DNA from: Octopus sinensis
Taxonomy: Eukaryota
Assembly (NCBI RefSeq): GCF_006345805.1
Contig: NC_043010.1
Coordinates: 60,388,001 to 60,452,000 of the forward strand
DNA: 64,000 nucleotides
Direction: 5' to 3'
In this document: one piece after another, positions 12,284 through 24,750 of the stretch
How positions within the stretch are numbered: position 1 is the stretch's first letter
How the letters are laid out: each line of letters begins with the position of its first letter
Translations under genes and position numbers: made by a program
Notes under the pieces: model-generated
Seen by the model: the letters and a program-made list of their open reading frames with translations, nothing else
Database searches by the model: none
What the model was told of the DNA's origin: nothing

Positions 12284-12366
12284 ACCCTAACCCTAAAACA
12301 CTAACTCTAAAACCCTAACCCTAACACCCTAACCCTAAAACCCTAACCCTAATACCTTAAAGCTAA
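12284..12366. repeat. Degenerate telomere-like (CCCTAA)n tract inside the fold-back element
   Basis: aaccctaaccctaaaacactaactctaaaaccctaaccctaacaccctaaccctaaaaccctaaccctaa. Confidence 0.8.
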
Positions 12367-12409
12367 AACCAGTACAACCACACGGACGATGTCATAACAA
12401 CGATGTCAT

Positions 12410-12630
12410 CTCAATCGAAGGAGAGGAGCTTTCTCCGTCCGGGTTGCGGATCCGTGGAACAAGCTGCCAGACGAGATGGTGAAGATGCCGACGACCGCTT
12501 TGTTCAAAGCCTCCCTGGACCTCAAGTGGCCTGAACTCTTTACATGAACACCACCCTGTACTTAACTCCATGTCCCCCTACATGACCTTGCTATTTGCTT
12601 TTGAACCAAATTAACTAACTAACTAACTAA
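12410..12630 (+). mobile_element. CR1/L2-clade LINE 3' end with (AACT)n tail
   Basis: 12410-12547 reads LNRRRGAFSVRVADPWNKLPDEMVKMPTTALFKASLDLKWPELFT*, matching the CR1-type ORF2 C-terminal pattern FS.RV...WN.LP...FK..LD; short 3'UTR then taactaactaactaactaa. Confidence 0.75.
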
Positions 12631-13115
12631 ATGACAAATGAAAAATACACCACCGATAATTGTTGTTGACAAACAACGGCAGTAATTTTATTCAGCTGTA
12701 TACACATCATTGATTGGTTGAAATTACTGAAATAGGACTACTTTGACATGAAATTACTTTGTAAATATAAGTTTTCTCAAAAATGCTAAGAGTAAAAGAT
12801 GTTTTATATGACACATTCTACCAGTGTCCAAAGTTTGAAAGTGTTTAGTTATAAAAAATTATTTTTTAAATCTGTAGGTCAAAAGGTAAAGATCCGAATC
12901 CTTTCACTAGAGAAATAAAGAATTGCACTACAAACAGCAGATGCACTTCTTCATTCAGAAGAATGTCATCTATAAGAATATATTCTATGTTGTTATGTAA
13001 AACACTTACTTCAAATTTTGCAATTTACTTTAAACTCACTACTTATTCTGACCCTAATGTCTTTCTTGTGTGAAATGACTTTCATAGTTTCATATATTGA
13101 CACTGTAATATTACA

Positions 13116-13609
13116 ATGAGTGTATTGATATATTATTTACAATAGACAGATAGTTGTCTCATCTTGTTTGTTGTAATCATTTGGCTGATTTACTCTCCAG
13201 CTTTCATCAGGTATTCTGGTGGAATTTTGAACCCAACCCTTTATTTGACTAATGGGGTACACTGTTCTCATTCCTAACGTATGTTGCTGATGTTATTTTT
13301 CTGTTGATATTATTTTTCAAGTCCCTACAAGCATATAGCATAGTGGATAAGAGTGCAGGCTACTAACCCTTGGATTCTAAGTTCAATCCCAGGCAGGGAC
13401 TTGAAAAATAATATCAACAGAAAAATAACATCAGTAACATACCGTAGGAATGAGAACAGTGTACCCCATTAGTCAAATAGAGGGTTGGGTTCAAAATTTC
13501 ACCAGAACACCTGATAAAGGCTGGAGAGTACATCAGCCAAAATGTGATAACAACAAACAAAATGAGGGCACCTATCCATCCATTGTAAATAATGTGCTCA
13601 ATTCCTCAT
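13116..13609. repeat. ~210-bp inverted repeat around a 68-bp tRNA-like spacer; Penelope-like termini
   Basis: 13116-13326 is the reverse complement of 13395-13609; the spacer has TAGCATAGTGG (A box) and GTTCAATCCC (B box). Confidence 0.8.
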
Positions 13610-13955
13610 CTCAAACACTATAGAATAGTAATGAGTATGTTGCTGTTAAATTAACTATTCTCATTTTTCATTTAGTATTTTAGCTGACTATTTTCAATAC
13701 ATTCAAGCATGATGAGACAAAAGTTACCATGCTAAATAAAAGTGAATCACCATTGGGATTATATTAAACAATTATTCTATATTTTCCTTTGTATAAATAA
13801 CTGCTGATTCAACGTTTGTTGAAACCATAATCAAATTTATTGTTTAAAAAGTAAAAGCAACATAATTCTCCTATCCTACCACAAATTTGATTTTAACTGT
13901 ATTTAATACTGACTCTCATGCTGAAAATATATTTTCCATTTATCTTTTCTGACAG

Positions 13956-14115
13956 CATTACAATAAGGATGTGGCAGATAGTTTAGCTGAACAAAAATGT
14001 TATAATGATAGCATTATGACATCAAACAATTTGAATAACACACTACCTTCTCAAAAAGAACGAAACAGAGGATGGAGTGAAGGAGATATTACACATCAAA
14101 CTTCTGGAACATCAG
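13956..14115 (+). CDS. Pcdh: Protocadherin unit 1, cytoplasmic exon
   Basis: ttttctgacag|CAT...TCAG|gtaatt; HYNKDVADSLAEQKCYNDSIMTSNNLNNTLPSQKERNRGWSEGDITHQTSGTS. Confidence 0.88.
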
Positions 14116-16244
14116 GTAATTAAAAATGAATCAGGATTCAAAAGATTTAAAAATATTATTAGATAAAACTAATGTAATATTTTTTTTCTTTCATTCTTTT
14201 ATTGGTTCTGGTCACTTGTTGGGGCACTACCTTCAAGAGTTTTAGTTTATAGTATCACCCTTGATAGTTAATTTAGTCTGATACTTGCCTGACTCTAATT
14301 ATCAAATGGTTATTTTAACCTGTTAATATAAAGGGATGCATCTCAGTCTGTTTTGCACCACTAGATACAGATACATATGACAGGCTACTACACATTTTTT
14401 GTCAACCAAATTCTACTCACAATGTATTAGTTGACCCAAGACTAAATTAGAAAACTCTTGCCCAAAGTACAGTGCAATAGAGTTGAACTACGTAGCCATG
14501 AAGAAAATTTAACCTTATCTATTTCTGCAACTATATTCATAGAAGAAAGTATCTTAGTTATTTAACTACAACCAACTCAAATATAACAAGATTACTACTT
14601 ATTAAGAAAAATATTATCAATCTTTCTACATAATATGGCATAACAGTGGGGTTGAACTTGGAGACATATGACTGGAAAGCAAACTTCTAACTGCTCAGCT
14701 AGTAGCAATATTCCCTTTATTATATTCTTTCACAAATTTCAGTATGAGCCAGCCAGAGTTAACCGCTCTAATGGTTGTTTCATGAACAGGAAGAAATATT
14801 TTCTTTAAGTTGCTTAATTAACTATTATTTAGGAGTTGAATTTAAAATGCTCAATTAAGAGGTAATTAGCATAAATATTCTTTACAAAGAGTCTCGTTAT
14901 GAACATTCAGTTTTCTAATCACTACCAGTCTTTAGTTTCTTCTTTAAACAAGTTCAAAATAAGTTAACCAGCTGTATTAAACAATCATGATGAAAAAAGG
15001 ATCAGCCAGATTTGATTTCTCTACTCACCATATTGCAGTCATTTTTAAAAATAGTATTTATTAATCATACCTGATAATTTTTCATCTTTTGTAGTCTCTG
15101 TTCAATTTCGTAGTATTGTACCAATATAAAGGAGCCTCATTTAAATTATAAACTTGTTTTGGATGTCAATGGTAATCAGAAGCTTATTGAAACTTATTGA
15201 GTAAACAAATATTTTACAATATCCATTGTAATCACACTTATAATCCTACTTTTCATGAAATAATTTTAATTATTTCATTTTCACTTCTCCTGATAGCAGT
15301 ACACCTTAATAATGCAGACCTTAAATAACTTTATCAATCAAATCAAGCTGTGATTATTTATCATGTTTCAATATTTTCTGTTTGTACTAAAGTTACCAAA
15401 AAATAGATAAAAGAGATCAATCTTTCCTTTTGTTTTTCTTTTACCAAAGCTTTTTTATTATTTATTTAAGCACTGAGTTTGTGCCAAATGCTTTACTGTA
15501 CTTAATCTCCAGCTTCTTTTTTCTGAGTTTGAATTCCATTAGGGTTCAAGTCACCTTTCATCTATTTGAGGCCAATAAAATAAACAATAACTACCTAGCA
15601 CACAGCTACCTTTATCAAATTAACAATATTGTAAGCTTTCAGACAAGGTCATTGGATTCCCTGTTCCAACTCATTTTCCCTACAGATATTGATCTGAAGA
15701 TATTCAGGTCGGACATAATTTGCATTTATCTCATCAGTCTGAGAGGTGCTTCAAAGTTCATAGATACGCCCCACCTCTTTTGACTAACACAAAAATGTTT
15801 GTATGATTTCATGTGTGTGAGTGCATGTTAGCACACACTTATCTATGTATGCATTTTAAAGCCCCAAAACTATTCTCTCCCTAATAGAATTGAATAATTA
15901 ATAGTGATATTTTATTTGCACCAAATTCATAACTTTTTTTATCCTAACCATCAAACATCCACCTTATATTATTCATTTTATACATGGCATATTTTTATCA
16001 TATACCTTATTATCATTTATTCCAAAAGCTGCCTTAATGTTCTCCAATGATATGCCTATAATGTAAAGTTATATATTTTTTCCATAACAAACTAAACTTT
16101 AGTTAGCAGTAACACTGAAAAATAAATAATTTTATTTTCTAAAAGTATAGTATTGCAATATTAGTACTTTTTATAAAGAAAAATGAAATTGTGCTCATAA
16201 GTCTATTTCACATCAAATTATAAACCATGTTTATGTATTTTCAG

Positions 16245-16324
16245 AATACAGCAACTATCGACCAAACATACCACCAACACCAAAGTGCACACAGGAACAA
16301 GAAACGTATTTAGAGCCTGTATAA
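16245..16324 (+). CDS. Pcdh: Protocadherin unit 1, terminal exon
   Basis: tattttcag|AATACAGC; (E)YSNYRPNIPPTPKCTQEQETYLEPV*. Confidence 0.88.
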
Positions 16325-16396
16325 CATGTTAATTTGCAATTGCTGAACTATTATCTAATAATTTAATGACTGGCATTTTTAAGCATATCATATACA

Positions 16397-16442
<46 letters not shown>

Positions 16443-16841
16443 TACACATACACACACACGTACATACTTAATACAAATACATCATTGAAAGGCAATTTAC
16501 AGCAGTATTTGCCAAGAGATATTTCTTATAGGAATGCTGTGTTTAAAAACACAATGTATATTGGAAGGAGATGAAAGTCATCTTAGCAGTGGCTACAGAG
16601 AACATCTGATGCATTTTGATCTAGTTGGGCCTTATCAATGACAAAGAGATGTTATCTCTGACAAAATAATGCAGTAAATTGCCCGTCAATAATGTATTTA
16701 CAATGATATATTATCAATGTATGATACATAGATGGCTATTTTAATTTGATACAACTTCTGTTACATATAACAGTTATATAAATATATATATACACATACA
16801 TATTTGCATATACATACATATATATTGATATGCACATACAT

Positions 16842-16875
<34 letters not shown>

Positions 16876-18004
16876 TCACATACATTCTTAGATTCTTTCT
16901 AGCAAAGATTTATCATTCAAATGAACTGAAGAAAAATCATTGCCAGCTTTAGTGCAAGTTGCACAGATTTGATAATAACATAAATAACATACAATAATGT
17001 AAATCCTCCATATTTATATGCATTTTTATTATTAAAATTTATGTTAACTAAAAGCTATAATAACTAGGTACACTCCTAGTAAGAGCTAAGTTTATGTTAC
17101 CTAATATCTATATTTGACTTTTGTCATATGATTAAAGTTTTATGCCCCTGCTAGAATTGATTATAAGGATTCATATTAAATACCATTTACAGTAAAATAG
17201 AAAGCTGTTTGTGGCCAATATATATGCCAACATGAGAATACTGCATGTCTTCTTTATGGCTGAATGGTTAAGAAGTTCCCTTCACTATTGTAAGGTCTTA
17301 GGTTCAGCCCAACAGTGTAGCGTCTTGGGTAGGTATCTTTTACCTTAGCCTTGCATCAACCCAAGTCTTGAGAAGAAGATTTAGTTGGCAGAAATTATGT
17401 AGAACACTATCAGATGGCTTATACTTATAATTTAAAGATCTAGTCTTATCATCACTCCATGACATACCATTGTTTTTCTTAAAGGTTATGCTAAAGGGAC
17501 ACGTGTTGGTGGAATACTCAGCTCCTCAAAAATTCAAAGAACAAATAGTTCAGTTCATTCAAACTAACAAAATTTCATATAATTACTTATGTATGAATGT
17601 ATGTTTCTAAATAAATTAACTGAGAACAAAGCAACATTAGCATAATATATTGTAAAATTCTTAAACTTTTGTCAAAAACATATTTTTAAATTTGCAATTT
17701 TTAAATTATGTTTATTTTTAAAACATTTTACTAAATTTATTGCAACAGTTATAAAAACACAAAAAATACCAGAAAATAAAACAATTTCCAAACAAAATGA
17801 TAAGCTAAAATTTGAATTATAAAATTAAATTTATATTGTTCAAAACTCAATTATGTTATTTTAGTTTCAAGATATTTCGTAGAAGTTGATACTGAAAAAC
17901 ATGGCATTCGTGTTTAAATTTCTTAACTTATAAACAAGCAATATTGAAAAGAACTGACTCTAACACATTTATTATACATGCACTTGCATGCATACAACCC
18001 AAAT

Positions 18005-18162
18005 TCCTATCTAAAGGTTCTACTTCTTATCATCTGACTCACAACTGCAGTTCATTAACATATAACTAAGTGCACAACTACAGTAGCAGTTACACCGGAA
18101 CACAACATCGAGATACATGTCACTACTTACATACTATGGAAATGATGGATTAAACAATGAAG
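18005..18162 (+). promoter_or_regulatory. Putative promoter and leader exon of Pcdh unit 2
   Basis: ttctacttcttatcatcTGACTCAcaactgcagttcat (18035-18041); ends ggattaaacaatgaag|gtaaat; acceptor tttttag| at 21514, again 22 nt before the ATG. Confidence 0.65.
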
Positions 18163-20332
18163 GTAAATTTCACTATTTTGTCTTTTCTTATTTTGTGACA
18201 GTTTTGGTGAATAGCAATTGACTATCTGGATAAAAGAATATAAAAATCTAGCAGTCATTTCCACCATTACTGGGAATAGCAGTCAGAGGAAGACATATTT
18301 CCATAGCAGTTAGAATAATTACATGACAGCCATTAATTTTCCTAACAAATCATATATTTAATTGAATTTATGCTTTCTATATTACTTTAATATATTTATA
18401 CATAATTTTGATGTTAAACTGGGTGGATTTAATTATTAGGGAATAGTAAACAAGGTTGATCTGTAGTAATGTAACATTTGTACTAAATAAAAGTGTTAAT
18501 TATTCTGTGTGTATATATCTGCATATACATAATAATAAATTGGGATAATTCTTAAAATAAATAGGGGAAAATTTAAGGGAATCAATGAAATATCTCAGTC
18601 TTTATCAAAATAAGTAAATAGAAAATGAAAATAAAGAATTATTAAATCTAATTTCAGAAATGCACATTATGAAAAACAAGCTAAAGTGTTATATGGTACA
18701 ATATTTATTTATAATGATAACTTCATGGCTACAGTTTTGGAACAGAATCTTTTTTGATGCAATCATTTAAATAACTATTAATACCCTCATTTTTTTAGTT
18801 AATTATATCACTTGTTTATAGACCATGCCTGTTGTAAAAATATACAAATAGAAAATGTCTCACTTAGCAGCATCCACGTATTACATATGATACTGTAATT
18901 TATATTGATATGTTTAAGATGAATAAAAGACATATACATAATTCTACATTAATTTTGAGAAGATTATGACTGCAGGAAAAATTTGTGACTTATCTAAGTT
19001 GAGCTCTGACTTCGATGTAGTCATGTACATTCTTGTCACAAGAAAGTAAACTGTACAACTAGAAACCTACAGAAAGTAAGCTAAATGGCTACGTATATTA
19101 TAATACTTTTAAAATGACACAAGAATGATTCAAATATAACATGCACAATTGGAGAAAAAACTTTTACTTATTTATATATTCTATCCATTTCCTTAAGCAA
19201 CATTTTGATAACACTGCACATGCATAAAATGACCAAAATATTTCATTATTTTATTTGATATGTAAACATGGCAGTTTCAGAAATTAAAGTCAATTCTACA
19301 AGATAACCAACAGGTTCACTAGGTTAGAGTGTATCCAGGCTTCTGGGGTATTTAAGTAATTGAGAGTAGTGGATGGTAGTTCATTGCAGAGTTAACTTCC
19401 AGCTGTCACTGGCACTCATTTCTGCTGAGTGAACAGGAGCAATGTGAAATGAAGTGCTTTGCTCAAGAACACAACATGCAACCCAGTCCAAAAATTGAAC
19501 CTATGACCAGATGAGTATGAGATTAATACCTAAATCACAAGACTATGTGCTTTCACATACTGATATGTGGAACAATAGAGAAACAGACATCCACTCAACC
19601 TTTATACAACATATAAATGTATGCAGTTTATATCCTATCAAAGTCATCATAGTGTGTCCATGACAAAGACTCTCGTACTGTAAAGCAAGAACAACTCGTG
19701 ACTTTAACCATTTGTAGTACTGTAAACTAGATTAGTGGTTCATAGCTTGCATTGCTGATTTCAACTTCTTCTGAAGGCACCAAAGAATCCATTCCAGTAC
19801 TTATTAAAATTAGGGACTCCAATCATATCAACCCATTTTGAACAAAAGATGTGATTACGACTTGCATATGATGGCAACTGGGCAACACTCCATTTCATAT
19901 TTAACTTGTCTTTCAAAAACATCAGCTACTAGATGAACACCTTTCTTAGCCACTACAACTTGGAGTTGTTAAACTTCTAGAAGAACAGCTCAAGTTCTTC
20001 AATGCACTCTAGAAAAATACCAAAAGAACTTACTTATCCCAATACAAAATTATTTTTACTATTGTTATTTAATCATCTTTCCCATTACTTTCTCCCACTG
20101 CTGTTAATTTTACTCCAAAACCTCCACTGTCTATTCCCCCTTCCAAATTTACACACCTAACAATTTTAGTCACCTTATCATATCCACTTATAGTTGTTCT
20201 GATTTAAATTCTCTCAAAACATCTAAAGAATCTTGTCAGCTTTTGTTTCCTATCTGTCCCCAACATCACAAACACTAATCACACCATCAGTTTTTTTCAT
20301 CTATTCTTCTTTCGAACTTCTCTTCATTCGCC

Positions 20333-20680
20333 ATCATCATCATCATAATTTAACATTCGCTTTCCATGCTGGCTTGGGTTGGACGGTTTGACTGGGGATT
20401 GGCAAGCCAGGAGTCTTCACCAGGCCCCAATCTGACTTGGCAAGGTTTCTACAGCTGGATTCCCATCCTAACACCAACAACTCCAAGAGTGTAGAGGGTG
20501 CTTTCTACATGCCAACAGCACAGGAACCAGTCAGGCAGCACTGGCATCAACCACACTCGAATGGTGCTTTTTACATGTCAGTGGCACAGGTGCCAGTCAG
20601 GTGGCACTGGTATTGACCGCGTTTGAATGGGGCTTTTTACATGCCATCGGTACAGGTGCTAGTCAGGCAGCACTGGCATG
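20333..20680 (-). mobile_element. RTE LINE 3'UTR fragment
   Basis: (cat)n then ttaacattcgctttccatgctggc...ggttggacgg and ~62-bp subrepeats, as at the ends of the RTE copies at 28636 and 33920; further copies at about 25866, 36400 (+), 40796, 42320 and 45700 (+). Confidence 0.7.
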
Positions 20681-21536
20681 GATGTTAAATCCCATTACTT
20701 TCATCCTCACAATGATGGCCTGTCAAACTTACAAAACATCTTTGATCACTGCTCAATTTTCATCTCCAGCACCATCATTTCCCACCTACATTTTTCATCA
20801 ATAATCTCAATGCTGCACTAGAATTTAACTTCACTGCTTTGGAATTTTTCATCAGTTTCTATGATACCTCTGTCACAATCAGCAACACCCTCATTTCCAT
20901 TTCTGCATCTTAGAAATTCTTAAAACCAATGGGGGAATCACTACATGGTTCTCCATTCTAGAACTAGCAGCCAAATCTACACTAAAATACATCCTACAGT
21001 CTTAAAAGCTTACAGTAGATAATGTAATCTAGAGAACAGTATTCCTAAATAAAAGAATAGATGGTCATGGCTTGAATGCCTTCATCATAGATTTGCTTGT
21101 TCAAAGCCATCTTAGAGCTAAAGAATAACAACAAATCCAGATATTCACTGCTATGCCCATTGAATTTTTTTCTCATCTCACTTCATACACAAAGTCCCCC
21201 TTTTGTCTTATATAGGTTTAGTGATTTAGTAGTAAGTACTCAAAAGTATGTCCGTATGACAAGACTTCTATGCTATAATTTATACTATATAATTATTTGA
21301 TTGAAAATACACTCTGTTGCCATTTATAGGCAAAACAATTCATTTCATTTCCTGCATACAGTGATTAACAAATGAAAAATATATATTTGAACTGATTCTT
21401 CTACACCAACAAATACTTTCAATTTTTAAAACACATGAGTTTAAAAACTAATATTTTTGATAGTGATACTGCTTATTTTATGCTATTTTAAAGTAATTTA
21501 TTTCTTATTTTTAGGTATTGTTAATTTTGAAGATAA

Positions 21537-23945
21537 ATGAAAAACAAAGAAATGACAAGGACAAGTCTGCTGGTATGTATTTTATACCAAGTACTGTCTC
21601 TCATTGTCTCAATAGACATCATTTACCATGTCAATGAAGAAGGCACTCCTCAAACCTATATAGGAGACATTGCTATTGACTCAAACTTATCATATCCTCT
21701 TACACATCATCAGGACACTCTCATTACATTTACACAACTACAAAGGAAAGCGGCTAGTGGTTCTCACTTATTCAATGTCACCAACTCTGGGAAACTATAC
21801 ACTACACAAACATTGGATACTGAGTCTTTGTGTACATACAACAAAGAATGTTTTAAAATTGTTAAAGTTGCAGTGAGGAAGGCAGAAACATTTATCAAGG
21901 TTTTAAAGATAAAAGTCATCATACAAGATATTAATGATCATCAACCAGAGTTCCCAGAGGATCTAATTAAAATAGAGTTTGGTGAAACGGAAGCAAAAGG
22001 ATCAACAAAATCAATACCAAATGCTGTGGATAAAGATATTGGTCGTCTTAATTCAAAGATCACATATAGACTCAAAGACAAAAGTAAGAAATTCTCATTA
22101 TCTATATCTAATGAGTTTGATGGAATGAATATATTGGAAATTATACTTGAAGAAAAATTAGACAGAGAATTAAAAGACAAATACATGTTACAGTTACTTG
22201 CAAAAGATAGTGGCTCTCCACCAAAACAAGGTATTCTGAACATAGAAATCTCTGTTACAGATATCAATGATAACAGACCTATGTTTTCTCAAAAAACGTA
22301 CAATATTTCTATCAGTGATACACATCATATCACCACTCCTGTTTTTGTTTTATCAGCTACAGATTTAGATTCTGGTCAAAATGGTGACATTACGTATAAC
22401 TTTCACCAAAAAACAAGGTCTGACATTAAAACAAATTTCAAACTGAAACCAAATGGGGAGATGTTCCTAAATAATAATTTTTACAGAAATAAGCAGCAAA
22501 TATATAAATTATATATTGAAGCAAAAGACAAAGGAAGACCATCTTTAAGTTCTACTGCCATGTTAATTATCAATATAATTAGTAATCAAAATAATGCTCC
22601 AGTTATAGATATAGATTTTGTATCCCCTTTAACAGAGAATTCTACAGCAATTTCAGAAGCAAGTAAAATTGGGAGTTTTATAGCTTATGTTATGGTTACA
22701 GACACTGATAGTGGACGTAATGGACAAATAAAATGTAATATTCATCATAAGATGTTCCAGCTTTCTAATATGGGTTCTAAAGAATATAAAATATTGGTGA
22801 AAGAACCTCTTGACAGAGAAACTATAGACCATTATGTTGTTTCTATTGTATGTCATGACATGGGATCACCTCCATTAAAGACTAAGAAACAGTTCTCTGT
22901 CAAAGTAACTGATGTCAATGATGTAGAACCACATTTCACCAAAGAGACATTCCAATTCCTCACCTATGAAAACCAGAAAGTTGACTTCCCTATTGGCTTC
23001 ATCAATGCTACAGACCCAGATCTTGGAGATGGAGGCCAACTTACATATTCTATCATCAATGATAACAACAATGATAACATTCCTTTCCAACTGACAAAAT
23101 ATGGATTTATTTCTACATCACAACCAATAGATCGAGAAGTGAAAGACATCTATAATTTACAGGTATTAGTCAAAGACAATGGAACACCTTCTCTGAATAA
23201 CACTGCTAACATTCTTATAGAGATTCTAGATAAAAATGACAATGCACCATATTTTATCTTTCCTAATAATGACCCTTACAATCTCGATGTCCACTACCAT
23301 CCGCACAGTAAGAAGGACATCACAATTCTGAGAGCATCTGACAAAGACACTGGAAACAATGCTTTCCTCACATATGGAATACTGAGATCCAATGATAAAA
23401 ACCTGTTTACAGTGAACTCACACACTGGTGTGTTATCTTTCTCTCGGACAGTTTACCAAAATGATGCAGGAACATATGAGCTGGAGTTTATAGTGAAAGA
23501 TGGTGGTACATCAGTTCAATCAGTAACAACTGCTATCATACTAACACTGTTTGTTAGTAACGATACATCTCCAATGTTGACTGCTGTCCACTCACAGTCT
23601 GGTAACAACCTGAATATGACTTGGATTATTATCATTGTAGCAGCAGCTGTAATACTATCTGTGGCTATTGTAGTGTCAATAACAATGTGTGTTTTTAGAT
23701 GTATTAACCACTTCAATAACTCCCCTACACCAAATGGTAATCCAAAATTTCTCTCTCAGACTGAAATGAGGCAAATATTGTATCAGACTAACAATCCTGT
23801 TGCAATAACTCGAAATGCAGAAGACATATTTAACAGAAATCTTCAATCAATAAACCCAAAATGCTCTTATTACTCAGACATGAAGCAGTCAGCTAATGAA
23901 TGGAAATTCTCAACTACCCCCAGAAAATTACCTCCAGTCCCAATG
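21537..23945 (+). CDS. Pcdh: Protocadherin unit 2, large exon (EC1-EC6, TM 23622-23696); 882 aa when spliced
   Basis: Same length and domain order as unit 1 (803 codons); phase-0 donor CCAATG|gtatgt. Confidence 0.95.
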
Positions 23946-24453
23946 GTATGTATTACTGTTTAAAAAATACTTTTTATGAAGTTATATTTACAAAGAGGAG
24001 TAGTGTGTTTTTGATGTTGTTTAAGCATTTGTCAACCCTGATGGGAACATAAAAATCTGTGGTCAGATCTTTTTCTCAGGACCAAATTGTTCAGTTTCTA
24101 AAAGAATGTAATGTGAATTGAAGGATGTTTACCAGCTATTTCTAGCTAGTCAAGCAATCCTGTGTCCAGGTTACGATGTGGATTATGAATTACTTATCAG
24201 AGAATGTAATAATTTAAAGTGAGGTAATCGATAGTGTTGCTTGTCATTAAGAAAGTAAATATGTAATCCCAATGTTGACTTTGAAGTACATGGTAGTATG
24301 CCAACGAAATAATAATAATATGCAAAATTCAGTCTCTCTTATAAAGACAAAACAGTAATTAGAATTCATACTTTTAGCTCCAATGTCTGTATGTATTTAT
24401 AATTTTAAAATGACAGAACTCTTACAGCTATGATAGTGTTATTATACTTCAGT

Positions 24454-24750
24454 TGAGCGAAAACACCTAAAAGCTCCACGAGGCTCTGGCAGGGAATGGT
24501 GGTGATCCCTGCTGTACTCTTTCACCACAACTTTCTCTCACTCTTACTTCCTGTTTCTGTTGTACCTGTATTTCAAAGGGCCGGCCTTGTCACTCTCTGT
24601 GTCACGCTGAATATCCCCGAGAACTACGTTAAGGGTACACATGTTTGTGGAGTGCTCAGCCACTTACACGTTAATTTCACGAGCAGGCTGTTCCGTTGAT
24701 TCGAATCAACCGGAACCCTCGTCGTCGTAACCGACGGAGTGCTTCCAGAG
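24454..24750 (+). mobile_element. Young ~300-bp retroposed insertion (LINE/SINE 3' end) with a 13-bp TSD
   Basis: ATTATACTTCAGT at 24441-24453 and 24751-24763; CpG-rich body; its 3' half matches the decayed tail of the SINE at about 17430-17560. Confidence 0.75.

Larger units (their letters stand above)
11989..12895. mobile_element. Non-autonomous fold-back DNA transposon with ~270-bp inverted arms and an 8-bp TSD (Merlin/Mutator-like)
   Basis: Ends GGATCTTTACCTTTTGACCTACAG... and ...CTGTAGGTCAAAAGGTAAAGATCC; flanked by GAATCCTT at 11981-11988 and 12896-12903. Confidence 0.85.

Noticed and set aside
12284-12366. Chromosome end or fusion scar
   Set aside because: The tract is short, degenerate and enclosed in a transposon with an intact TSD
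13327-13394. Possible tRNA gene
   Set aside because: A and B boxes are present but I cannot fold a convincing cloverleaf or acceptor stem; treated as a SINE head
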